Assembly: GCA_937930175.1 (NCBI GenBank)
Contig: CALGLP010000016.1
Span: 1 to 53,719 of the forward strand
Length of the DNA stretch: 53,719 nucleotides
DNA from: an uncultured bacterium
Lineage (GTDB): Bacteria > Omnitrophota > Gorgyraeia > Zapsychrales > Aceulaceae
Reading direction: 5' to 3'
The notes below the pieces were generated by a model. That model did no database searches. It was not told the DNA's origin and worked only from the letters and a program-made list of their open reading frames with translations. This document shows, piece after piece, positions 35,941-43,135 of this stretch. Made by a program: the position numbers and the translations under genes. Within the stretch, counting starts at the first letter, position 1. The number at the start of each line of letters is the position of its first letter.

Positions 35941-36315
35941 TTAATCAAATGTCATTCCATCGCCAATCGCTTGACTCGGTTGAAGCAGCGTATTGCTAGA
36001 CCCTGTTCGCAGAGAATCCGAGTCTAAAGAAAACTTTTCTCCTGCTGCTCCTCCACTCTTTCTCTCTTTATCGCTCTTCGTTGTATCGTAATCGCTATTT
36101 AAGTAATACGGCTCATACTGAGCTGTTTTGTATTTGGTAGACTGTGCATTAAAACCCGTATGGTCCACCATATAGTCAGTAGCGCCACGAATTCTCGACT
36201 GCAGGCCTCGTTGCGCAAATTTTTGCATCGCGATGATCGCGCCAACGACGAGCGCGATCAGGATCGCGTACTCAGCGACATTTTGTCCTTTTTTCCTTCG
36301 AAACCATGTCATCAT
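35941..36315 (-). CDS. Flp-type pilin-like protein (124 aa), cassette 1 gene b
   Basis: N-terminus: MMTWFRRKKGQNVAEYAILIALVVGAIIAMQKFAQRGLQ. It is a paralog of 37054-37431. Confidence 0.7.
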   Translation of the reverse strand: MMTWFRRKKGQNVAEYAILIALVVGAIIAMQKFAQRGLQSRIRGATDYMVDHTGFNAQSTKYKTAQYEPYYLNSDYDTTKSDKERKSGGAAGEKFSLDSDSLRTGSSNTLLQPSQAIGDGMTFD

Positions 36316-36361
36316 GTGCTTGCCTCCTTTTTACTTGTTTAGGTCTTAATGTACAAAATCT

Positions 36362-36553
36362 TTAGTCCCAGCTCTGTGTAAGCTTATCTGTTAAAATATT
36401 AATTCCGTTGGCCGCCGTAGTATAACTATTACTAACGCTCGTGGCAAGCTTACCATCCCCAGGCTTTAAGAAAACAATTGCTACGGCCACAATAGCTGTG
36501 ACCAAAATAATATATTCCAAGGTGCTTTGGCCTTTTTTATTAATCTTCTTCAT
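36362..36553 (-). CDS. flp: Flp pilin (63 aa), cassette 1 gene a
   Basis: N-terminus: MKKINKKGQSTLEYIILVTAIVAVAIVFL. Size and motif are typical of Flp family pilins. It is a paralog of 37482-37703. Confidence 0.75.
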   Translation of the reverse strand: MKKINKKGQSTLEYIILVTAIVAVAIVFLKPGDGKLATSVSNSYTTAANGINILTDKLTQSWD

Positions 36554-36655
36554 TGATTCCTCCTGTCTTCAATTGTATCAACTCTTGCTCCAATCACATT
36601 CCCTCGTTATTTCTTGCCTTGCGTCATGTTGCACGGACCTGCGCACCTGTTCTTT

Positions 36656-36976
36656 TTAAGGAGCTTCCCCTATGATCTCATTAGATGACGCAACGATACT
36701 TGTTGTTTCACCACCATGCCCCATGGCCGTGTTCGTTCCTTCATTTGTTGCTATTTCTGTTGCCCCCATAGATGTTGTGGTTGTTACCTTCTTGTGATGA
36801 AAATTTCCTGGCTCAAACTGTTCCGCGCTGATGTCGTCTGTGGACGATTTAACCTTTCCCATAATGCCGCGTTTTAAATACGTCTGAATGCTCAAAAGCG
36901 CACCGATGACAACAACAGCCAAGACAGCATATTCAAGCGTGCTTTGTGCTATTCTTTTTCTAAGTCTTATCAACAT
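36656..36976 (-). CDS. Flp-type pilin-like protein (106 aa from the Met at 36976), cassette 2 gene c
   Basis: The track ORF 36656-36997 is trimmed to the ATG at 36974-36976, which is preceded by AAGGAGGAG. The N-terminus MLIRLRKRIAQSTLEYAVLAVVVIGALLSIQTYLKRGIMGKVKSSTDDISAEQFEP is nearly identical to that of 35605-35907. Confidence 0.7.
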   Translation of the reverse strand: MLIRLRKRIAQSTLEYAVLAVVVIGALLSIQTYLKRGIMGKVKSSTDDISAEQFEPGNFHHKKVTTTTSMGATEIATNEGTNTAMGHGGETTSIVASSNEIIGEAP

Positions 36977-37053
36977 TACTCTCCTCCTTATCGTCAAATA
37001 TTTCTTATCAAGTATAGTTATTCAACCCCTACGTTTCCTCCGCTGCCACCCTC

Positions 37054-37431
37054 TTAGGGCAATCCAACTCCCGTAAATTTAATGCCGTTTCCTATTCCTC
37101 CTGAATAATCACCCATTAAAGTGTTGCTGCCTCCATCTCGATTAACCGAAGAAACTGTATTGTACATTTCGCTTGTTGCTGTTCCTTCTTTTGTTTCTGT
37201 GTCTACCTTGTTTGTTGTATAAGAACTATCTTGATAATACGGTTCATACTGGGCCACGCTTCCTAGCTCCGGGGTGGCATCAACCATATATTGAGTTACA
37301 TCGCGCACCCTGGCTTGCAGGCCTCGCTGGGCAAACTTTTGCATCGCAATAATCGCACCGACAACCAACGCGATCAGGATTGCATACTCCGCAACATTTT
37401 GTCCTTTTTTCCTTCGAAACCATGTCATCAT
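37054..37431 (-). CDS. Flp-type pilin-like protein (125 aa from MMTWF), cassette 2 gene b
   Basis: The track ORF 37054-37503 is trimmed to the ATG at 37429-37431, which is preceded by AAGGAGG. N-terminus: MMTWFRRKKGQNVAEYAILIALVVGAIIAMQKFAQRGLQ. Confidence 0.7.
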   Translation of the reverse strand: MMTWFRRKKGQNVAEYAILIALVVGAIIAMQKFAQRGLQARVRDVTQYMVDATPELGSVAQYEPYYQDSSYTTNKVDTETKEGTATSEMYNTVSSVNRDGGSNTLMGDYSGGIGNGIKFTGVGLP

Positions 37432-37481
37432 GTGCCTACCTCCTTTGTCAAAAAACTTATCTTTTATAAATGATCTTCTTT

Positions 37482-37703
37482 TTATTCGTCCCAACTTTGC
37501 CATTTGGTTGTCAGGCCTCCTGTTTGCTCGACAATGCCATTGGCAACAGCGTTATGGCTAGCCTCAATCGTGTTCACCAAGAATCCACCTCCGCTATGAT
37601 CTGCACCCATTGGCTTCAGAAAAACAATGGCCACAGCGATAATGGCGGTGACCAAGATGATGTACTCCAAGGTGCTTTGCCCTTTCTTACTTCTTATGTT
37701 CAT
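37482..37703 (-). CDS. flp: Flp pilin (73 aa from MNIRSKKGQ), cassette 2 gene a
   Basis: The track ORF 37482-37793 is trimmed to the ATG at 37701-37703, which is preceded by GGAGGG. N-terminus: MNIRSKKGQSTLEYIILVTAIIAVAIVFL. Confidence 0.7.
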   Translation of the reverse strand: MNIRSKKGQSTLEYIILVTAIIAVAIVFLKPMGADHSGGGFLVNTIEASHNAVANGIVEQTGGLTTKWQSWDE

Positions 37704-37737
37704 TCTTCCCTCCTCTTGTGTTAAATTAAACAGCTCT

Positions 37738-37893
37738 CTACTGCGCTGACTCCTCGACCTTTTTTTGCACAGACTGTACCGACCGCGTGACATAGGTATA
37801 CATAGCCATCATGACCGCTGCCACCAGCGATATCACAACCGCGTACTCGATCAAACTTTGTCCTGTGTGAAAACGTTTCGGAAATGAATACAT
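37738..37893 (-). CDS. flp: Flp pilin, 51 aa (below the 60-aa cutoff of the ORF track)
   Basis: Hand translation from ATG (37891-37893) to TAG (37738-37740) gives MYSFPKRFHTGQSLIEYAVVISLVAAVMMAMYTYVTRSVQSVQKKVEESAQ. This has the canonical G/xxxxEY Flp motif plus a hydrophobic helix. GGAAG lies about 9 nt upstream. Confidence 0.7.
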   Translation of the reverse strand: MYSFPKRFHTGQSLIEYAVVISLVAAVMMAMYTYVTRSVQSVQKKVEESAQ

Positions 37894-38071
37894 TTTTTTT
37901 CTTCCGTGGCTTATGGGTTTAAGAAAAAAATGTTTGTATGTGCTGCCCGCTTTTTTAAATGCGCTTGTGCCTCAATATCTCTCTTCACTACTAAATATAA
38001 CATATAATACTTTCAAAAACCATGTTATTTGCGTGAAAATTAACCCGGTCTTTGCATTCATTCCCCTTGCG

Positions 38072-39748
38072 CTAGACTTCCATGAAGAGGCGAAGGCCGT
38101 TAGGCGTAAAAATGGAGGACTCGTTGACGCGCTGGAGAAGGAAATCAAGCTCCTTGTGAAAAACATAAGCAGGAGGAAGAACACATTTGACCTTAAGCAG
38201 CGGCCCCTCTTTTTTCATTTCACCGCAAAGGTTATAAAATTTTTCTTGGGCCTGGGTAAGGCTTATGTTGCGATCTTGGGGATGAAAAAAATGACGAGCA
38301 CAATGATCATGAAGACTTAAAAGAATATTATTGCTTAGTTTCGCTAAGAAATGGTTATCTGCAAAAAGTTCCTCACGTCCACCAAGCGCCTTATTCACGT
38401 CGGGGAAAGTAACAATGTTGCTGCAAGCGTCAAGATTCTTCTGCTGACGTTCAACAAAAGCATCATGGCCCCTTAACGGAAAAGGCCACCGCTCAAAATA
38501 ATGGCGTATCACCTTGTCCATAGAGCTCATCTTGGTTGGTATATTAGTTAAAATAGCAAATAGCGGAGCTTGATCTTTTTTCTGGCTCACAAGGGCAATA
38601 TCAGCCGCAAGCTGTTGTCCGTCAGCCAAACGAAAGGCTGTTGTTGCCTCCCAATAATAACAGGATTGGCCTGTTGCCACATCCTCGATGAGCTTTGGCT
38701 CTTTTTTCTTGTCAGAAAAAAATTGATCAAGAAGTCCTCGACAACCATAAAGGCCTGTTATGTAAAAACGTCTTTTATTTACAATTTTTTCAAAAGAAGA
38801 AATAGCATCGTGCTGGCTGGTCATCACGTCAACGCGCTTGATCCTTTTTCCTGGAATATTCTCAAGGCTTGCAATCATATTAAAAAAACCTACGGGAAAG
38901 CTCTCCTTCACTGTTGCCTGACGAAGAATAATAGGGTTTGAATTCGTAATAAAATCTTTTGATAAAAAATCAAAACTTTTGTCCAAACAAGAAGAAAAGT
39001 CACAATGGACATTATCTTTTTCCCAAAAAGAATTGCTTTGAGCATCAATGCAAAAATCTGATCCATCTTCTAATGTAAAATAAAAAAAGCTTGCTTCTGA
39101 AAATATCTGCCCATATTCAGAAACAATCTGCTGGCTCTTGTTTTCTAACCCAAGCAATATGTCATAACATTCTTTTTTCTGATAAACGCTTGGGACAAAG
39201 TCAACCCCACTAAGCTGCCACAAACTTTTACGATCATATTCAACAAAATGTTCACCATTGCGCTCATTCAATAACGGCATAAAAAGAAAGGCCTCACATA
39301 ATTTCAAGATCTTTTCATCGCAAATAATAGGACCGAATTTCTCACAAAAGAATCTTAAGATTCCTTGCTTCTTCATCTGCCATTCAGCTGCCCTTAAAAA
39401 TAAAAACCCTAAGTGCTCAATCTTGGTCGGCACAGCAACAGCCGCAATAGCCCTTACGGGCTTTGGCTCGTCAAGAAGAGACATCGGTATATTAATAAAG
39501 ATTTGCTCTTTGCGATGTTCAGGAATTTTAAATTTTTCAGCTCTTGTTTCTGGCCTCGCGCGCCGTCCTTTAGGACTGCTAAGCGAAGAATCCTTAAGAA
39601 CAGCATTAACGGAAGACTTAGAGATAGGACGCTGGAAATGCGTACTGGCGAGTTCAGAGATTTTCCGACAGCTCAAGCTTTGGTCCACGCGCTTAAGCTC
39701 TAAAATATAATCAATAACTTCTTGTTTTAATTTATAGATAACACCCAT
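38072..39748 (-). CDS. 558-aa protein with an N-terminal helix-turn-helix; function unknown (regulator or degenerate transposase-like)
   Basis: The N-terminus VIDYILELKRVDQSLSCRKISELASTHFQRPISKSSVNAVLK looks like an HTH. HYFERWPFP weakly resembles the YxxRW segment of IS4-like DDE transposases, but the downstream Glu is absent. I found no terminal inverted repeats. Confidence 0.35.
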   Translation of the reverse strand: MGVIYKLKQEVIDYILELKRVDQSLSCRKISELASTHFQRPISKSSVNAVLKDSSLSSPKGRRARPETRAEKFKIPEHRKEQIFINIPMSLLDEPKPVRAIAAVAVPTKIEHLGFLFLRAAEWQMKKQGILRFFCEKFGPIICDEKILKLCEAFLFMPLLNERNGEHFVEYDRKSLWQLSGVDFVPSVYQKKECYDILLGLENKSQQIVSEYGQIFSEASFFYFTLEDGSDFCIDAQSNSFWEKDNVHCDFSSCLDKSFDFLSKDFITNSNPIILRQATVKESFPVGFFNMIASLENIPGKRIKRVDVMTSQHDAISSFEKIVNKRRFYITGLYGCRGLLDQFFSDKKKEPKLIEDVATGQSCYYWEATTAFRLADGQQLAADIALVSQKKDQAPLFAILTNIPTKMSSMDKVIRHYFERWPFPLRGHDAFVERQQKNLDACSNIVTFPDVNKALGGREELFADNHFLAKLSNNILLSLHDHCARHFFHPQDRNISLTQAQEKFYNLCGEMKKEGPLLKVKCVLPPAYVFHKELDFLLQRVNESSIFTPNGLRLFMEV

Positions 39749-39921
39749 TATTGTCCAAAGAGTTTTTATTTGTCCAAAATATTTTTTTTATTATATCGTA
39801 CATTCTTAGATGCCGCAAGGCTTAAACAAATGGCGCATTGCCTTACATTAAATGTTGCCAAGGCAAAAAAAAATAGGATTCGTTGACTCATCATTCATGT
39901 TGTCGCGTCCGCTGAGATTGT

Positions 39922-40208
39922 CTTTCTTTGCGCAGGATCGCGTCTCCCGTTTTCCTTAAGAAATTTCCAGTGGGATCGGGATTCGCTCGGCGTTCGGCTT
40001 CGCTCCTTTGCCCAAAGACGTGGCAAAGACCATGCTCGCGAAGCCTGACTCGATTCTCCTTAGTCTAAGATTAGAGGAAATCGAGACGTCTCAATTTCAT
40101 CAAGTTTTACATTTAAGGATGATTGAGGCGTTTGAGCGAAGGATGCTGCCAGCACGCCTCACATAAATAAGGACTTGTTCGGTAACCTTTATTAATGAAC
40201 CAACGGGC
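39922..40208. repeat. Intergenic structured element, copy B (paralog of 26635-26988)
   Basis: It shares cores 39982-40045 and 40133-40199 with copy A, while the middle section is unrelated. The conserved ACGCCTCA (40154-40161) pairs with TGAGGCGT (40124-40131). It ends 84 nt upstream of the plus-strand zinc-ribbon ORF. Confidence 0.7.
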
Positions 40209-40292
40209 GATCACGCTCAAACACATTTTTAATATAATTTACTTGTCAAAACTTAAAAATCCAGGGAGAATATAATTAAAATCAAGGAGAGT

Positions 40293-40529
40293 ATGATGCT
40301 CAAATGCCCCTATTGTTTTGAAGTTCTTGAAACGCCAACATCAAAATGCCCTCACTGCGGACAATTTCTTATTGATCCGGCCATCGAAGAAGACTATAAA
40401 AGCATTGATAAGAAAAAATGTATTTTTTGCGGAAAAAAAATTCTTACAGAATCTAAAGTATGTAAATTTTGTCGGAAGTGGCTAGACAGTGTGGATGACG
40501 AAACCAAACATTTAGATAATATCGAATGA
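40293..40529 (+). CDS. Small double zinc-ribbon protein (78 aa)
   Basis: Two CxxC..CxxC pairs are present (CPYC..CPHC and CIFC..CKFC). AAGGAGAG lies upstream of the ATG. It is the only credible plus-strand gene, and its 3' end overlaps the DUF192 gene by 18 nt. Confidence 0.6.
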   Translation: MMLKCPYCFEVLETPTSKCPHCGQFLIDPAIEEDYKSIDKKKCIFCGKKILTESKVCKFCRKWLDSVDDETKHLDNIE

Positions 40530-40877
40530 TCTAAAATCCAGAAGATCCCCTAGCCTCGTCTTTGTTTTGTCAATAACTCCTGCCTCAAGCTCAATGGCAA
40601 AAACAGCCTTCCAGAAAAAAGCACTGACCTGAAAAGGTTTAATGCCGCGCACAAGCCCTACCACGTGATACGTCCGATCCACAAACACAACATCAATAGG
40701 AAACTGCATAAACATCATGTGGATGGCTTGACACTGCGGGATGATCAAGGCTTCTGAAGGATCTAAGCTGCGGCGGCCTAAAAGCCCTTTGGCGCGCGCA
40801 AAAAAATCTCGCGCCACAAAAACGTTGTGAGCCAAAAGATTATCCTTGGTTTTGTTAATAATGGGCATGGGATGCAT
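40512..40877 (-). CDS. DUF192 (COG1430) family protein
   Basis: ARAKGLLGRRSLDPSEALIIPQCQAIHMMFMQFPIDVVFVD...AIELEAGVIDKTKTRLGDLL fits the DUF192 pattern (GLmgr...iH..gM.fplDvvf.d...vlEl.aG...i..Gd). Confidence 0.7.
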   Translation of the reverse strand: MHPMPIINKTKDNLLAHNVFVARDFFARAKGLLGRRSLDPSEALIIPQCQAIHMMFMQFPIDVVFVDRTYHVVGLVRGIKPFQVSAFFWKAVFAIELEAGVIDKTKTRLGDLLDFRSFDII

Positions 40878-40884
40878 CCTTCAG

Positions 40885-40920
40885 GGTGGGGGCTGTTGCG
40901 AAAACGCAACAGCCCCCACC
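40885..40920 (-). other. Perfect 16-bp stem / 4-nt loop hairpin between the cpaE-F fusion gene and the DUF192 gene
   Basis: ggtgggggctgttgcg-aaaa-cgcaacagcccccacc. There is no U-run on either strand, so it is not a canonical terminator. Confidence 0.8.
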
Positions 40921-40931
40921 TAAAAGACAAC

Positions 40932-43100
40932 CTACGGATTGAAGATGGCTTTGTCGACGGTCAAGCCTTTTTTGAGAAAATCGTCGTAACAGATAGGAAT
41001 GTAGCCTGTGGCTTTGTACTCACCTAACACTTTGCCATCTGGGCCAACACCTTGATGGTCAAAAACAAAAATATCTTTTAGCATAATATCCCGCTGATCA
41101 TCTAAGCCAACAACCTCTGTAATCCCGGTGATCTTTCGTGTTCCGTCGGAAAACCGTGAAATCTGCACAACAATATCAATGGCGGTTGAGACCATTTCAT
41201 AAATAGCTTTAAGTGGAAGATCCACCCCGCTTAAGAGGATCATCGAGCTCATACGCACCAAGACATCCCGCGTTGAATTTGCGTGCAAGGTGGTCATAGA
41301 GCCATCATGGCCGGTATTCATAGCCTGAAGCATATCCAAGACCTCCGGGCCGCGGCACTCGCCAATGATAATACGGTCCGGCCGCATACGCAGGCAGTTA
41401 ATAAAAAGATCACGAATGGTAATCTCTCCTCGACCTTCAATATTCGGCGGACGAGATTCGAGTCTCCCCCAATGGCTTTGGCGAAGCTTCAGTTCCGCGG
41501 CATCTTCGATGGTGAGAATGCGCTCATCGTCGGCAATAAAAGAGGAAATCACGTTAAGAAGCGTTGTTTTTCCAGAACCCGTCCCGCCAGAGACAATGAT
41601 ATTCTTGCGGGTGTGCACACACGCTTGAATAAAATCAATCATCGACTGAGAGGCTGAATGATAAACATGAATCAACTCTTCAACCGTGATACGCTCTTGG
41701 GCAAATTTACGAATCGTTAGCATCGGCCCCTTCAACGATAAGGGAGGAATAATCGCGTTAATACGCGACCCGTCCGGAAGACGGGCATTGACCATCGGCA
41801 CAGACTCATCAATGCGGCGACCCAACGGCGCGATAATGCGATCAATGACCGAGCGTATCTGACCATTAGAAATAAAGCGCTTATTAGTAAAAATGATCTT
41901 CCCTTTTTTCTCAATATAAATTTCATCCTTATTATTCACCATAATATCCGTGATCTCAGAATCAGCTAAAAATTCCTCAAGAGGACCAAGTCCCAAGGCT
42001 TCGTCTGTAATTTCTTTGACAAGGCGTCTCCTATCTTCCAGTGAAGAGATAAGCGCTCCAGCCTCCTCCGCCAGCAGATCACCGATCACCTTTTCCGCGC
42101 CCTCGCGTATTTTACGAGATTGCACTGGGTCACGCAAAGCATCCATGGTAATATTGCGCAAATTGAGCCTGTCGATAAGCTTGTCGTGGACAGCCTGCTT
42201 AAGCTTAACAATATCGTCATCGGCACGCGTTGCGGAGAGGACTTCTCGGCTTTCTGAAACATGCTGATTGATGCCAAACTTCTCCCAAAAACTTTCCTCT
42301 TCCGTACCTTTTATTTTTGTACGAAGACGAACTTGCTCAATATCTTGAACGAAAATCCCCTCCTTAAGAAGATTGCTCGTCAGCTGCTGAAACCCTTCAG
42401 CAATAGGGCTTTCTGGACTTTCACTCACGCAAGGAACCCCTTTGTTTAAGGCAAGTCCTACAGCTTTCCCATCGGAAGCAATTTGCGCAAAAATATCACA
42501 AGGCAACACCGCGCGCACTTCCTGCCACGCCACACCACCACGGCTTTGTGAGCGATTAAGCACAAGTTTAACAATTTGGCTTGGAAAATGAAGGGCGGTC
42601 AAGACATTAAGGCACGCCCTCGCCTGATACACCGCCAGGACATCCGGTGTAGCAACAAGTAAAATAAGATTGGATTGATCAAAGACCGTAATCAAGGTTT
42701 CGTTAAAAACCTTACCACCGTCAATAATAATAAATTCATAGATCTTGGCGCAATTCTTAATAAAATGCCTGATCTTATCTTGATCGATCTTGGTTGTTTC
42801 ATCAATCTGGGAAACACAGGGAAGGAAATCAATACCGCTCGAATGCTTGAACATTTGACGCTCAAGAACTTGCAAATCTTCTGTGGCTTCGGCATCGAGG
42901 CAGACATCAACGATAGAACGCCTTGCCTTAAGGCCAATGCTACGCGCAAGATCCTGGCCCGACTGAAGGTCAAAATCAAGAAGCAAGACTTTCTTTTTCT
43001 TTAAAGCTAGCTGCACAGCTAAGTTCGCAGCAATAAACGTCTTGCCAACGCCACCCTTGGTGCTGAAAACAACTGCTGTTTTTCCGTTCATGGCCATCAT
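40932..43100 (-). CDS. cpaF: Fusion of a CpaE/TadZ-like ParA/MinD ATPase domain (N-terminal ~250 aa) with the CpaF/TadA secretion ATPase (722 aa)
   Basis: The N-terminus VVFSTKGGVGKTFIAANLAVQLALKKKKVLLLDFDLQSG carries a deviant Walker A of the ParA/MinD class. The C-terminal part has IIVSGGTGSGKTTLLN (Walker A), ERILTIEDAAEL, RMRPDRIIIGECRG and NTGHDGSMTTLHANS, the CpaF/VirB11-class boxes. Confidence 0.85.
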   Translation of the reverse strand: MMAMNGKTAVVFSTKGGVGKTFIAANLAVQLALKKKKVLLLDFDLQSGQDLARSIGLKARRSIVDVCLDAEATEDLQVLERQMFKHSSGIDFLPCVSQIDETTKIDQDKIRHFIKNCAKIYEFIIIDGGKVFNETLITVFDQSNLILLVATPDVLAVYQARACLNVLTALHFPSQIVKLVLNRSQSRGGVAWQEVRAVLPCDIFAQIASDGKAVGLALNKGVPCVSESPESPIAEGFQQLTSNLLKEGIFVQDIEQVRLRTKIKGTEEESFWEKFGINQHVSESREVLSATRADDDIVKLKQAVHDKLIDRLNLRNITMDALRDPVQSRKIREGAEKVIGDLLAEEAGALISSLEDRRRLVKEITDEALGLGPLEEFLADSEITDIMVNNKDEIYIEKKGKIIFTNKRFISNGQIRSVIDRIIAPLGRRIDESVPMVNARLPDGSRINAIIPPLSLKGPMLTIRKFAQERITVEELIHVYHSASQSMIDFIQACVHTRKNIIVSGGTGSGKTTLLNVISSFIADDERILTIEDAAELKLRQSHWGRLESRPPNIEGRGEITIRDLFINCLRMRPDRIIIGECRGPEVLDMLQAMNTGHDGSMTTLHANSTRDVLVRMSSMILLSGVDLPLKAIYEMVSTAIDIVVQISRFSDGTRKITGITEVVGLDDQRDIMLKDIFVFDHQGVGPDGKVLGEYKATGYIPICYDDFLKKGLTVDKAIFNP

Positions 43101-43135
43101 TCTATAAAAATCAAAACAAGGGTTATCGTAAAAAT

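Noticed and set aside
37900-39900. The 558-aa gene could be an insertion sequence.
   Set aside because: I could not find terminal inverted repeats or target-site duplications in the flanks. The DDE signature is incomplete. It is retained only as a low-confidence possibility.
26975-40215. The plus-strand 3' ends of elements A and B (..TTATTAATAAATCACAACGGAATGAT and ..TTATTAATGAACCAACGGGCGAT) resemble the repeated tRNA-Glu 3' end (AATAAACGACCCCAACGGGAT), which would suggest att sites flanking the pilin module.
   Set aside because: The shared core is only about 8 nt (CCAACGGG, degenerating to CAACGG). A match of that length is expected by chance in about 107 kb of two-strand sequence. It is worth a look only if an integrase is found nearby.
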